Shown here piece after piece: positions 24,648 through 36,900 of a stretch of 64,000 nucleotides of DNA. Location of the stretch: assembly GCF_036365525.1 (NCBI RefSeq), contig NC_090421.1:3414725-3478724 (forward strand), read 5' to 3'. A program made the translations under genes and the position numbers. The notes beneath the pieces are model-generated. The model was not told the DNA's origin. It made no database searches and saw only the letters and a program-made list of their open reading frames with translations. The stretch's first letter is position 1. The number at the start of each line of letters is the position of its first letter. The stretch comes from Heterodontus francisci (lineage: Eukaryota).

Positions 24648-26691
24648 ATGGCAAGCCCCTCATCACCGGTGGCGGGGCCCTCTACTACCTATGCAGCTGC
24701 AGTTTCTGTGGCTGCCCACGTGGCCCCGTCACCCTTTAAATTAATAACATCCAGCCATGGGGTGAAGAGCTATCCCCACCCCAACATGTCTATTGAGGCC
24801 TGCGTAAAGGCAATGGCCGAGGTTGTCGGCCCCTCGGCCATTGTTGCGGCCTCAAAGATGTATGGGAAGGCTGTGTTCTTTTTGAGGACCGAGCGGGCGG
24901 TGTCCCTGGCCCTGAGTAAGGGGCTCGCTGTGGGGGGGACCTTCCTGCCAGTGGACCCTCTGGGGGCCACTGCGCATCGGATAATGTTGTCCAACGTCCC
25001 ACCCTTCATTCCCAGTGAGCTCCTCCTCCCCCACCTGCACCATCTGGGGGAGGTGAGGTCGGGGATCACCCCAGTCTGGCTTGGTCTTCGGGAGCACAGC
25101 CTCCAACATGTCTACTCCTTCCGCCGCCAGTTATTTATGCAGCTGGCGCGGGAGGAGGACACGGAGGGCCAAGTTTATGTGGAGTTCCAGGGGACGGCCT
25201 ACCACGTCTTCTGGACCTCGGATGGGGCGCGGTGCCACGTCTGCAAGGGGGTGGGGCATGTTCGTAAGAACTGCCCCAACCTCCCGGCCGCCAGCTCCAC
25301 CTCAGCGGCCCAGAGTGGTTCCACAGCACCTCCTCCCACTCCCCCCACACATCCAATAGACGCCGCTCAGTCAGTTCCGGAGGCTGTGGTTTTCACAGCC
25401 TCCGGCGGGGAGGGGAGCGTCCGTCCGAGCAGAAGGAAGACGCGGGGAAAAAAGAAACATCATGAGGCGCGTCCCCTGGACACTTTGACTCAACCCGAGC
25501 CTGAGCTCAGCCCAAAGCCCATTCCCATGGAATCCACCTGTCCCAGGGCTGGGCTCAGGCCCAGGGTGACTAAAAAGGAAAAAAAGGGTGCGGAGGTGGA
25601 GGTCTCTGATGACATGGAGGTCTCTGAGCCTCCGCGCCCTAGTGGGAAAAAGAGGAGCAGGCACCCCTCCACAGAAATAACACAGGGCCCTGAGGTGCTG
25701 GGCCCATCTGTTGGGGGGGAAGCTGTCTCCTGTTTCGGATCCTCAGGTTCCCCCTACCACCACCACCAAGGCTGCAAAGTCCGGGCAGGAGCTCCCTATT
25801 CCTCAGGATGGAGGGGAGGGGAAGGCCCCGGTACATGAGGCCCCTCCTGAAGGAGTAAGTGGGGCCCTGCTTGTGGTGGGGGAGCCTGGGGACGCCACCC
25901 ATTCTGCCACTGCTACTGGGTCGGGTGCCCTGAATGAAGGGGAGGGCGACGCCCCAGAGGGTCAGCCCTCCCAGCCGGAGTCCACCACCAACCAGGAGAC
26001 ACCTGACCTGGTGAAAACTGAGAATGCTGCCCCATCTGCTGGACCTGTGGGTGCTGGCAGAGCGGGAGATGGCCTCCTCTCTCCGCCTCGGGTCTCGGCT
26101 CCGGCTGGATTTCCGGAGTCGGGATCTTATGTCTCCCCTGGACCACTCGTTGGCCTGGGGACGGAGGTGGAGGGGGGTCCTGGGCTGCTGGCGCCCACAG
26201 GCTCCAGTTTTACAATAGAACCCAGAGACGACTCCTCCGCCATCGATCCTGGGGGTGGGATCGTGACGGGGGCGGGACCAGCTGGTGCGGCCGGGACGTT
26301 CGCCCCACAGTGTGTGGTGGATGTGTCGGCTGCTGGCGGTGACGACCCGGAGGAGGATGGGGATTCGGTGTGGGGCACGGAGGATGATCTTGATTCCATC
26401 GCCAGTGAGGTGGTGGAGTCCCTCGTGCCTCCCACCGAATCTCCTCTCACCCCCACGGCGGAACTCCGGGATTTCCTCGCGGTTTGCAGGGGCTGCCGCA
26501 ATAAAGTTCAGCTGGCCCTCGACCGCTGGTCGAATCTGGCGCTGATCATCCAGTCCGTCCGTGCTGCCCTGAAGATAACGGGCAAGCGCGCGGGCGTGAA
26601 ACTGGTTGAGAGGCGCCGGTTTAATGTGTTCCTCAATGGGTTGCTGGGGGAGTGGAAGGCCAGGTGCACTTCCACTCCCTCCTCACAGTGA
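24648..26691 (+). pseudogene. Tx1 ORF1 (gag-like), frameshifted near 25.7 kb
   Basis: IVAASKMYGKAVFFL, LSNVPPFIP, SFRRQLFM and CHVCKGVGHVRKNC knuckle; continues in the 25711..26691 frame. Confidence 0.85.
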
Positions 26692-26723
26692 GCTGTTGGT
26701 GACGGGTTTTAAGTACCTTTGAC

Positions 26724-29700
26724 ATGAAGATAACCATAGCCAGCCTCAACATCAACGGCAGCAGGGGGTCTCACCCTAGATTTCACAATCTCTCAGTCCT
26801 TAGGGAAGGGAGATATGCGGTGAGCTTTCTGCAGGAAACCCACACCGTTCCGGGAGACGAAGCCACCTTGCTCCTGGAGTGGCAGGGTGGGGTCGACATG
26901 AGCCACCTCACCCGTATTTCTAGTGGGGTGGCTATCTTGTTGGCCCCGACTTTTCAGCCGGAGATCTTGGGGGTCAAGGAGCTAGTGCCGGGCTGCTTGC
27001 TCCACCTCGCCGTTCGCCTGGGTAGCGTGCCGCTCCACTTTGAACATGTACGCGCCCAGGTCCGGCGCGTTGCAAGCGCGCTTCTTTGAAGAAGTGTCCG
27101 CTATCTCTCGAGCTCCATTCATAGCAGCGAGTGCATCATCCTCGGGGGGGATTTTAACTGTACCCTCGAGGTGGGGGATCGCTCCGGTCCTCAGCGCGGC
27201 CAAGCGTCGGTGGAGAGGTTGAGGGGACTGATCAGCTCCCTCAACTTGGTGGATGTCTGGCGGAATCTCCATCCCGACTCCAGCGCCTTCACGTGGAAGT
27301 CTGGAGGAGAAGGGTCTCGAATCGACCGCCTCTACTTTTCGCAGGTGTACGTCTCTCGCATCTTGGCGGCCTCCATGCGGCTGGTGCTGTGCTCGGACCA
27401 CCACCTGGTGTGAGCGGAGTCCGCATACTGGCACTTTAACAACCGGCTGCTGGAGGACGAGCGATTCCGGGACTCGTTCCGTCAATTCTGGGCCGACTGG
27501 AGAAGGAAGCAGGGGGCTTCCCCTCCTTGAGGCTATGGTGGGACGTGGGCAAGACTCACATCCGTGGCTTCTGTCAGGAGTACGCGAAGGGGTTGACCAA
27601 GATGCGGGAAGCCGAGATCGGGCGCCTTGAGAGGGAAGTGCTTGGCTTGGAGTCCCGCCTCGGTCATGCCATCACGGACCCGGCCCTGTGGCAGGCGTAC
27701 AAAGAGAAGAAGGGCGCGCTGAGGGACCTGCAGCTTATCGGGTCCCGAGGCGCGTACGTAAGATCGCAGATCAGATCCTGTAAAATTTGGACCGCGCCTC
27801 ACCCTTCTTCTACTCGCTGGAAAAATGGTGGGGGGTCCGTAAGCAGCTCATTGAGCTGCTGGCCGATGAAGGATCCTCCATCACGGATCCGGAGGGAACT
27901 GGCCTCCTGGTCCGTACTAATTACAGTGCGTTATTCTCTCCGGATCTGTCCAGCGAGGACGCACGCAGAGTTTTGTGGGAGGACCTGCCGTAGGTCAGCC
28001 CGGAGGGCGCCGAAGGATTGGAGGCTCCGCTCACGTTCGCGGAGCTGACCGGCGCCCTCCACCAGCTCTCAAGGGGTAAATCCCCGGGGCTGGACGGGCT
28101 GACTGTGGAGTTCCTCAGGACGTTCCTCAGGACATTCTGGGATGCCCTGGGGGACGATTACGAGTGGGTCCTGGGGGAAAGCCTGGCGACCGGTGAGATG
28201 CCCCTCTCGTGGGGCAGGGCGGTCATCATCCTGCTGCCGAAGAGGGGCAATCTCTGCCTGCTTAAAAACAGGCGTCCAGTCTCCCTCCTCAGCACGGATT
28301 ATAAGATCTTTGCCCGGGCTATGTCTACCCGCCTGGGCTCCGTGCTGGCCCACATGATCCACCCCGACCAGTCCTACACGGTCCCGGGCAGGTCCATCCA
28401 GGACAATATCCACCTGCTCTGGGACCTGATCCATCTTTCCCAGAGGACTGGTCAGTCGGTCGCCTTTCTCTCCCTCGATCTGGAGAAGGCGTTCGACAGG
28501 GTGGATCACGAATACCTTTTTGGGACTGTGCGCGCTTTCAGACTCGGGCTGCATTTTGTGGCCTGGGTCTGACTTTTATACGTTGCTGCAGAGTGTCTGG
28601 TCAAAGTTAACGGGTCCTTGATGGCACCCCTTCGCTTTGGAAGAGGAGTGCGTCAGGGATGCCCCATGTCTGGCCAATTGTATACGATCTGCGTGGAGCC
28701 ATTCCTGTGCCTGCTTCGCAGGAGGTTGATGGGATTGGCTCTGCGTGAGCCGGCTATGCAGGTCGTCCTCTCTGCTTGCACCGATGTGCTCCTCGCGGTC
28801 ACAGATCCTGTTGACTTGCAGAGGATGCGCGACTGCCAGCAGACCTTTTCTGCCGTGTCGTCCGCGAGGATCAATTGGGAGAAATTTTCCGGTCTCCTGG
28901 TGGGTCAGTGGCGGGTGGACTCCCTGCCGGAGGAGTTGACACCTTTTGCGTGGAGCACCACGCACCTCCTCTATCTGGGAGTCCACCTTAGCCCCGCTGA
29001 GGAAGCCTGGCCAACAAACTGGCAGGAGTTGGAGGCGAAAGTTGCCACTCGGTGGGGTGCTGGACAGGACTGCTCAGAGTGCTTTCCTACAGGGGCCGAG
29101 CGCTGGTCATAAACCAACTGGTGGCTTGATGCTGTGGTACTGGTTGGTCACTTTGGCCCCGCCCCCTGCATTCGCCACCAAGATCCAGAGGAAACTCGTC
29201 GATTTCTTCTGGGGCAAGAGGAAATACTGGGTCTCTGCCGCGGTCCTGAGTCTCCCGATCGAGGCGGGCAGCCAGTCGTTAGTGTGCGTCCGCACCCAGG
29301 TTGCGACTCTCCGCCTTCGGACTCTGCAGAGATACCTGTATGTCGAGCGTCCTCCCAGTTGGTGTGCGCTGACGACGTATTTTTTCCGCCAGTATCACTG
29401 CCTTCAAGACGGCACGCAGCTCCCGGCGGAGACCGTTAGCCGCGCCTCTCTGAGGGAGTTCCCTGTCTTTTACCAGGATCTATTCCGAGTCTGGAACACG
29501 GTTGCCTCCAGTCAGGGCGCTCCCCCGCTGGCGGAGGAGAGTGCCGCGGCTGTCCAGGTGGCTGACTCTGGGGCCAGACTGGTGGGCGGAGGAGTAGTCG
29601 AAGCCCCCGGGATGCCCCTCACTGCGGGTGGTGAGGGGGCTCGGGAGAGCAGAGCGCTCCCGGCCAAGCTGACCCCCGCTTGGCCGGAACTGCTCATCGG

Positions 29701-30388
29701 ACCCAGTCGGTCCCGCACAACCCAAGCCACCTCTCGGAAATGCCCTCCGTGCCATTCCAATTGGCACGGAGGGGTTTCCTGTACAGGCTGCTCCTGCACA
29801 CTCTCCACATCCTCGCCCTTGTCAGCAGGCTGGACACGACCTGGCGGTCTGCGTTGCCATCTTGCGGCGAGGGGAAACCCCGATGGAGGTCTCTCTATGC
29901 GGGAGTCTTTCCCCTTTACATCAGGGACCTGGGGTGGATGGTGTTGCACAGGGCAGTCCCGTGCAATAGACTTTTAAGTAGGTTCACGGACTCCCAGACC
30001 GCCTGTACTTTCTACAGCCTGGACGAATCTGTGTTCCACGTATATATGGAGTGTGCAAGGTTGCAGCACCTCTTTGAGTATTTGAAGGGGCTGTGCCTCA
30101 AGTTTTGGCTGCACTTCAGTTCCACGCTCCTGATCTTTGGGCACCCGGTGCGGAGGGGCGTGGGTCAGGAGGAGGATCTCCTCATCGGTCTGCTCCTGGG
30201 CCTGGCCAAGGTGGCAATTCACCGTTCTCCCTGATTGCCTGCCCCTCTTCCGTGGTCATGTTCGCGCCCGGGTGTCCCTGGAGAAGGAGCATGCAGTGTC
30301 CGCCGGTACGCTTGAGGCCTTTCACGACCGGTGGGCACCGCAGGGACTGGAGTGCATTGTCGACGCTGAGAATGGCATTTTAATTTGA
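26724..30388 (+). pseudogene. Tx1 ORF2 (APE endonuclease + reverse transcriptase), multiple frameshifts and stops
   Basis: MKITIASLNING, FLQETH, SRIDR, SDH, KSPGLDG, RPVSLLSTDYKI, SLDLEKAFDRVDH, GVRQGCPMSGQLY, ESVFHVYMEC spread over shifted ORFs. Confidence 0.9.
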
Positions 30389-30493
30389 GTTTTTTGTTTA
30401 TTAAAATCATATAGTTATTTTAAAAAATATGTATATAAAGGGGGCCTGAGGAATAAAGGCCCCCTCGACATAAAATGTAAAAAAAAGAAAAAA

Positions 30494-30548
30494 GGGGTTA
30501 GATGTCGAGTAAAGCTCCCTCTACACTATCCCCCATCAAACACTCCCA
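30494..30548 (+). repeat. ~67-bp tandem repeat, right remnant
   Basis: GGGGTTAGATGTCGAGTAAAGCTCCCTCTACACTATCCCCCATCAAACACTCCCA directly after the Tx1 poly(A). Confidence 0.9.
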
Positions 30549-30890
30549 TTTCAGGGGCTGGGTCACATGATTTCAAATTATGACCAGGGCTACTGGTTTA
30601 CTGTGATTAAGTCAAATAATGTTTTATTACATGGGATTGCCGTATTTGTACTGCCTTTTTTGAGATCACATTCTGCAATTCCTTCCATTTCTCCTAGTCT
30701 CCTGGTTAATATTTATCCCTCAACCAACATTATCAAAACAGGTGATCTGATCATTTATTTCATTGTTGTTTGTGGGAGCTTGCTGTGCAAACTGGCTGCT
30801 TTCTTTCCTTCATGACAATAGTGACTACAATTCAAAAGTACTTCATTTGCTGTGAAGTACTTTGGGACATCCTGAGGTCTTATTTTCACT

Positions 30891-30998
30891 AAAATACAGT
30901 TCTGATGAAAGGTCACAGACCTGAAACGATAACTCTGCTTCTCTCTTCACAGATGCTGCCTGACCTGGTGAGTATTTCCAGCACTTTGTTTTTATTTT
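30891..30998 (+). mobile_element. Penelope-like terminal fragment with minimal hammerhead ribozyme motif
   Basis: AGTT-CTGATGA-A-AGGTC-ACA-GACCT-GAAA-CGAT-AACT; 11-bp TSD TTATTTTCACT (30880-30890 / 30999-31009). Confidence 0.7.
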
Positions 30999-31501
30999 TT
31001 ATTTTCACTGTTTGGGTGTTGCCTTGTTGGTTAGACTGTCACCTTGTGCTGTAAATAGTGACTCTGTTGAAGCACTCGAATTGAAACTGGATCTGGCCCA
31101 TATCCAGCAGAGAGCAAGGGAATTGTGATGGAAACTGATAAATGGTTGAATTAGATCCTGGTTGATGGGATGACCTGGAAACCCTCTTCTCTTGCCTACA
31201 TTCCTAATGGGACATGCAAATTATTGAATCCCTACTATTCTATGTTCACTACACTATCTATGTTCACATTTATAATAGAACCTGCCTATGTAAACATGCC
31301 AGTGTCATTACACCCTCCCACCAGCTGTAGCACTGAAGTGTCTTGCTTTTGCATGTCCAGCTCCTCAGCTTGTACTGAATAGAAAGTTCTAAGCTCCAAC
31401 CAACTCTACTTCTCTCCTTCTCAAATTGAGAGTTAGTTTAAAATTTCCCTCTCAATGTATAATGCCACTGGAGATCGACTAATTTATAATAAACCACATA
31501 C

Positions 31502-31712
31502 TGCTGTTTGATAGCCACTGTAGAATAAACTTTAAGATTTCCTCTTTGGTGCTGCTGCCAGTTGCAAACTCAGTGATCACATCTATCAACCACTCCCTTT
31601 CCTTTCTTTCAGGGGTAAAGGTGATTTTTGGCACTTGCTGGTGGTCAAATCTTGCGTGGCTCAAAGCAAAATTCACTTTGTCCAGAATGTCCCTCAAGCG
31701 TTCTGCAACTTC
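31502..31712 (-). CDS. FAM186A: FAM186A/B-like, coding exon 2
   Basis: TTTGCCAACAG|GAA...AGCA|GTATGT, 211 nt, phase 0/1; EVAERLRDILDKVN and KEEILKFILQWL resemble DISTQLSDILDNVN and KEKHLYDILRWL. Confidence 0.88.
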
Positions 31713-32740
31713 CTGTTGGCAAATGTTAAAAGATCAAAAGGAGGTAAGCTATTCAAGCAAATAGTTTTAAAAATTGCACCTTTTTTGGAAATATCGATTA
31801 CTTCTAAAGACACAAATCACTGCACTCAGCCTATCTACGTCCCTGCTATATAAAATGAAGAAAAAAATGTACATCAATAAAAAAATCTGCATTTATGTTT
31901 TTTCTTTCATGACCTCCGTATTGTAGATTGTTGCTACTAAGAAATAGGTTTGATTCCTCTAGTTTGTAGAGATTACTGAGTCTTTGTAAGGTTTAAAACA
32001 ATAACTCATTTATTACATTTCAGGAAGTATTTACACTTTCTCTTAAGCAGGTTTAACTCTGCTGACACGATGCTGTTTCTCCTTCTGAGGTCTCCACCAC
32101 ATGTGATCTCTGACATCATCACAGTGGGCGCTGTCACTCACTCTGTCCCAAACATTAACCCTTTCAGACCCTTATACTACACTCAGGATGTCCCAAAGTG
32201 CTTTACAGCGATTGAAATATTGTTGAAGTGTAGTTACTGTTGTAATATGAGAAAATGCTACAGCCAATTTGTGCTCAGCAAGATCCCACAAATAGCAATG
32301 AAATAAAGGACCAGATAATTTTATTTTAGTGATGTTGCTTGAGAGAAATAGTGGCAAGGACACCAGGGAGGAATCCCATTCAATCACCATCATCTCAGCT
32401 CTCCCCCATTACCAGGATCTCCTGATCAAAGCAGTAGCTCATTACTGTACTGAATGATACCAGAATTTTTTTTTTATTTCATTGAATCTTCGATGTCTCC
32501 CTGGCAACTTGTACCTTATAGCGCTGTCTGGCTCCAATGTTATCATCTATACATCCCACACTCAATGGCTTCTCACAGACAACTGTTAGGAGTGTGAAAT
32601 GTGAGAACTTTACAAATCATTTGCTAATCCTTTGTCCTCACCAAAACAAAAAAATTCCACCAGTAAGTTTGTGTTTTCCCCCGCCCCATGCATGTAATAT
32701 GACAGATCTTATTCAGTAGTTTATTCACACATTATACACT

Positions 32741-34284
32741 ATGCTCAGCATAGTGAGGAAGGTCTTCGCTCGAGTCGCTTTAAACAGGCTCCAGAAGCTG
32801 GCTGAGCGTGTCTACCCTGAGGCACAGTGTGGCTTTCGAGCAGAGAGATCCACCATTGATATGCTGTTCTCCCTTCGCCAGCTACAGGAGAAATGCTGTG
32901 AACAACAGATGCCCCTCTACATTGCTTTCATTGATCTCACCAAAGCCTTTGACCTCGTCAGCAGACGTGGTCCCTTCAAACTACTAGAAAAGATCGGATG
33001 TCCACCAAAGCTACTAAGTATCATCACCTCATTCCATGACAATGTGAAAGGCACGATTCAGCATAGCGGCGCATCATCAGACCCCTTTCCTATCCTGAGT
33101 GGCGTGAAACAGGACTGTGTTCTCGCACCTACACTGTTTGGGATCTTCTTCTCCCTGCTGCTCTCACATGCGTTCAAGTCTTCAAAAGAAGGAATTTTCC
33201 TCCACACAAGATCAGGTGGCAGGTTGTTCAACCTTGCCCGCCTAAGAGTGAAGTCCAAAGTACGGAAAGTCCTCATCAGGGAACTTCTCTTTGCTGACGA
33301 TGCTGCATTAACATCCCACACTGAAGAGTGCCTGCAGAGTCTCATCGACAGGTTTGCGGCTGCCTGCAACGAATGTGGCCTAACCATCAGCCTCAAGAAA
33401 ACGAACATCATGGGACAGGACGTCAGAAATGCTCCATCCATCAATATCGGCGACAACGCTCTGGAAATGGTTCAAGAGTTCACCTACCTAGGCTCACCTA
33501 TCACCAGTAACCTGTGTCTCGATGCAGAAATCAACAAGCGCATGGGAAAGGCTTCCACTGCTATGTCCAGACTGGCCAAGAGAGTGTGGGAAAATGGCAC
33601 ACTGACATGGAACACAAAAGTCCGAGTGTATCAAGCCTGTGTCCTCAGTACCTTGCTCTATGGCAGCGAGGCCTGGACAACGTATGTCAGCCAAAAGTGA
33701 CGTCTCAATTCATTCCATCTTCGCTGCCTCCGGAGAATCCTTGGCATCAGGTGGCAGGACCGCATCTCCAACACAAAAGTCCTCGAGGCGGCCAACATCC
33801 CCAGCATATACACCCTACTGAGCCAGCAACACTTGAGATGGCTTGGCCATGTGAGCCGCATGGAAGATGGCAGGATCCCCAAGGACACATTGTACAGCGA
33901 GCTCGTCACTGGTATCAGACCCACCGGCCGTCCATGTCTCCGCTTTAAAGACGTCTGCAAACGCGACTTGAAGTCCTGTGACATTGATCACAAGTCATGG
34001 GAGTCAGTTGCCAGTGATCGCCAGAGCTGGCGGGCAGCCATAAAGGCGGGGCTAAAGTGTGGCGAGTCGAAGAGACTTAGCAGTTGGCAGGAAAAAAGAC
34101 AGAGGCGCAAGGGGAGAGCCAACTGTGTAACAGCCCCGACAACCAATCTTATCTGCAGCACCTGTGGAAGAGCCTGTCATTCTAGAATTGTCCTTTATAG
34201 CCACTCCAGGCGCTGCTTCACAAACCACTGACCACCTCCAGGCGCATATCCATTGTCTCTCGAGACAAGGAGGCCAAAGAAGAT
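32741..34284 (+). mobile_element. RTE-clade LINE, 5'-truncated (RT and 3' end)
   Basis: QCGFRAERSTIDM, FIDLTKAFD, GVKQDCVLAPTLF, LFADD, FTYLGS; one internal stop at 33698-33700; 3' palindrome and GAA tail. Confidence 0.93.
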
Positions 34285-35920
34285 TACACAGACATATAAC
34301 ACACTGATTTCGCAAGCCACTCATTTGTATCGAAAACCACTATTTGTGGTTCAAGAGCAAGGCCCACCACTTATCTGGGCAGTAGGGATTTTGCCAGCAA
34401 TGCCCGCATCCAGAGAATGATTAATTTTTTTAAAATTCAAATGAACCTCCAATTTAAAGACACTGCAGAAAAATAGTCTGTTTTGCTCCAATACAATCTG
34501 TCAAGTGATACCCAGTTGCCATGACCACGGACATTAATAGGATTTTGAATAATGGCAATTTTAGAATGTGAAGTTTTGTCCTGGTAACAGTATTCATAAA
34601 TATCATTCATATTTTTAAAAATAAAATTCAGATATATGGAGAACACAATGAGAAATCCCTTAGCTATGTAACTGACAATCCCAGTCTCCATAAATTAAAA
34701 AAGTCCCACAATTTCCCCAAAACATCCCTGTTTCTCTGAAAAGAGTGTTCCAGTCTAAGGAATTGAAAGGTAAAATGCCAACATCAAGTTCAAACCTTAG
34801 TTCTGGTTGTTCACTAAAACCCGCCATCATGTGTGTGTGCGCCTCTGTGCAAATTAAAATAACTCAATGAAATTATACCAAGTTCCTCAATAAAACCTTA
34901 AGCTCTAAAATAATTCTAAAGACCAAAAGATCACATAAGGTCTGGAGAGAGAAGAGGTCTTTCTGCCCATCAAGCAGTGTTGTTAACACCTCTAGCCCTC
35001 AAGGAGTGGTGCAGGAGAAAAAAAACTGGGAAAAGAGCAGGAGAGTGGGACCAATTCGATTCCTCTTCGAAAGAGCCGGCGCAGACTCATGGGTCGAATT
35101 CTGAGCTGTACTATTCTATGGCAATAACAGCGATTCATTATTTTTTTTAAAATTGTGATTCCCCCATGCATCCCATAATTTTTTCAGTCTGACTGGCCTT
35201 TGTTGTCAAGAAGATAACCTGCTTCCCGACTCCTGCTTGTGTGCCCTTGGGCAGCCACTAGGAGGACTCGGGAGGCAGGATGCCTCCAGCGGATTAACCT
35301 ACTCCTGCCCAGGGCTGCGGAGCGTCCACATGCTCGTATTTTGTGGAGTGTTCGTGCTGTGAACACCGAGCACCACTTTGCCGCCGACTGATAACCTGTT
35401 TATTAACGTGTGAGGTATATAAATTTCAATGTCAAGGCTGATGAGCTTTCAGGACAGTCTCACTGGTACAATAAACATCTTATCTGCCTTCTTCCTGTGA
35501 AGGAATGCTCCTTTGGAAGACAATGTTTCTATTGAAATTCCGGTCCCAGCTTGAAGTCGAAGGAAAACAAAATGAAAAACCGAGGAAACCTGAAATAAAG
35601 GCAGAAAATGCGATCAATCTATAGCAGGTCAGTCAGCCTCTGTAAAGAAAAAAGATAGATTAACGTTTCGAGTATAGATTACGTTGTACTTCAATATCCT
35701 TCAAGTTACAGTGACAGGATGGTGCTGAAAAACAGCGTGGGATGATGTTCCCGCTTCTTCTAACTTCAGCACTGGGTGTTTCGTCGAATGTAAATGTTAG
35801 TACAAACGTATAGAGCACTCAGCCAGGAACCGTCCTTCTAAATTATTTTTGTGAAAACATACGATTATCGTTACCCTTTCTTTCGATACCAGATCATACT
35901 TCCCCTACAAGTGCTGTTAC

Positions 35921-36061
35921 CTGTCTTGCTCTCGCCAGCTGTGCTGTCTCGATTTTTCCTATGGCTCGTTTGACTGTCGTGGAGAGGTCACTGTCGCTTT
36001 CGTTAGGTGTCAGAATAGTGCTCCCAGAGTCAGTCTTACTTGTGTCCTCTTTATTGTCCAT
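35921..36061 (-). CDS. FAM186A: FAM186A/B-like, first coding exon
   Basis: Acceptor at 36084, ATG at 36061, donor CAG|GTAACA; TTVKRAIGKIETAQLARARQ resembles FAM186 TSVKAIILRIEAAQLTRAQE. A versus B paralogue not resolved. Confidence 0.88.
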
Positions 36062-36265
36062 GTTGTTTTTAAAAAGGCACACAACTGAGAACAAAAACCT
36101 TCAAATAGTTACGAGAACCGGTGTATATATATATATAATTTTTTTTACTTTCCCTTAATGTTTTTGTCCATCTAAGTTAAAGTGAAGTGCGAGGGAAGTG
36201 GGACGAATTCTGACACCGGTCCTTTCGCACCTTTAGCCACGTGTCATGAATGAACGATTGTTTAC

Positions 36266-36400
36266 CTGGTTGACGTTGTGTCGGCGGTGCTCGGAAATCG
36301 AGAATGGGAAATGTCACGGGTCACAAACCTGAAACCGACACTGGGGATTACTTTGGCAAAGCGTCCTTTTTCAAGAAAAGCGCAAACAAGGTTTTTTTTG
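36266..36400 (-). other. Probable 5'UTR exon of the FAM186-like gene
   Basis: Donor CCAG|GTAAAC at 36266/36265 upstream of the 36084 acceptor; TSS approximate. Confidence 0.5.
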
Positions 36401-36534
36401 GACCCTTGACAGCAAGAACAGAGGGAAGTAGGACAGACCACAACTCCCAGGCTGCAGTGGGCATTTCCACGCAGGCGCTCTGAGTCCCTGGGTGGCGTCA
36501 TGCGTATAAATAGCGGCGTTGTGGAACGCTGAGC

Positions 36535-36900
36535 CCATTGTTACAGACAGGTCGGTACAGTGGAGCTAGTCAGAGTAGGGGCTGCGGCAAGTCACTTTCA
36601 CCAGCTTACCTTCTTTCCACATTACCCGTTGCTTTCCCCCCCCCCCCTCCCTCTCAATTCCTTTACAACCCAAGCCATCGCCTGCCAATCCTCCTCTGAT
36701 TGCAACAAATCCAAGCACCTCTACCGGCAAAAAAGAGCACTTTCATTAACACGGATCTGTTTGGAAACGGGGTTGAATATATATTGTATGAAAGACTGTT
36801 CTGGAGGAAAAAAAAAAGGACTCGCCCAGTCAAGCGCCATTTAAATCCCTGTACAGCACTTAAATAGGAGGGAAACTGCCGATTATAATCTACATTTCAG
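36535..36900 (+). other. Probable non-coding first exon of a plus-strand gene (LARP4 by human synteny; inference only)
   Basis: Donor TTTCAG|GTAGGG at 36900/36901 downstream of a TATA box; start approximate. Confidence 0.4.

Larger units (their letters stand above)
23618..30493 (+). mobile_element. Full-length Tx1-clade (L1/Tx1) non-LTR retrotransposon, disabled
   Basis: Long 5'UTR, ORF1 with CCHC knuckle, ORF2 with APE endonuclease, RT and C-terminal zinc motif, 3' hairpin and poly(A); flanked by the 67-bp repeat. Confidence 0.92.
36180..36900. promoter_or_regulatory. CpG-rich bidirectional promoter
   Basis: CpG excess; CACGTG 36238, GCGTCA 36495, TATAAATA 36505, CCAAT 36685, YY1-like CGCCATTT 36835; divergent splice donors at 36266(-) and 36900(+). 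Confidence 0.65.

Noticed and set aside
35330-35350. ATGCTCGTATTTTGTGGAG resembles the LARP4 start (MLLFVE)
   Set aside because: It reads MLVFCGV, has no good donor at the expected position and lies upstream of the plus-strand promoter.
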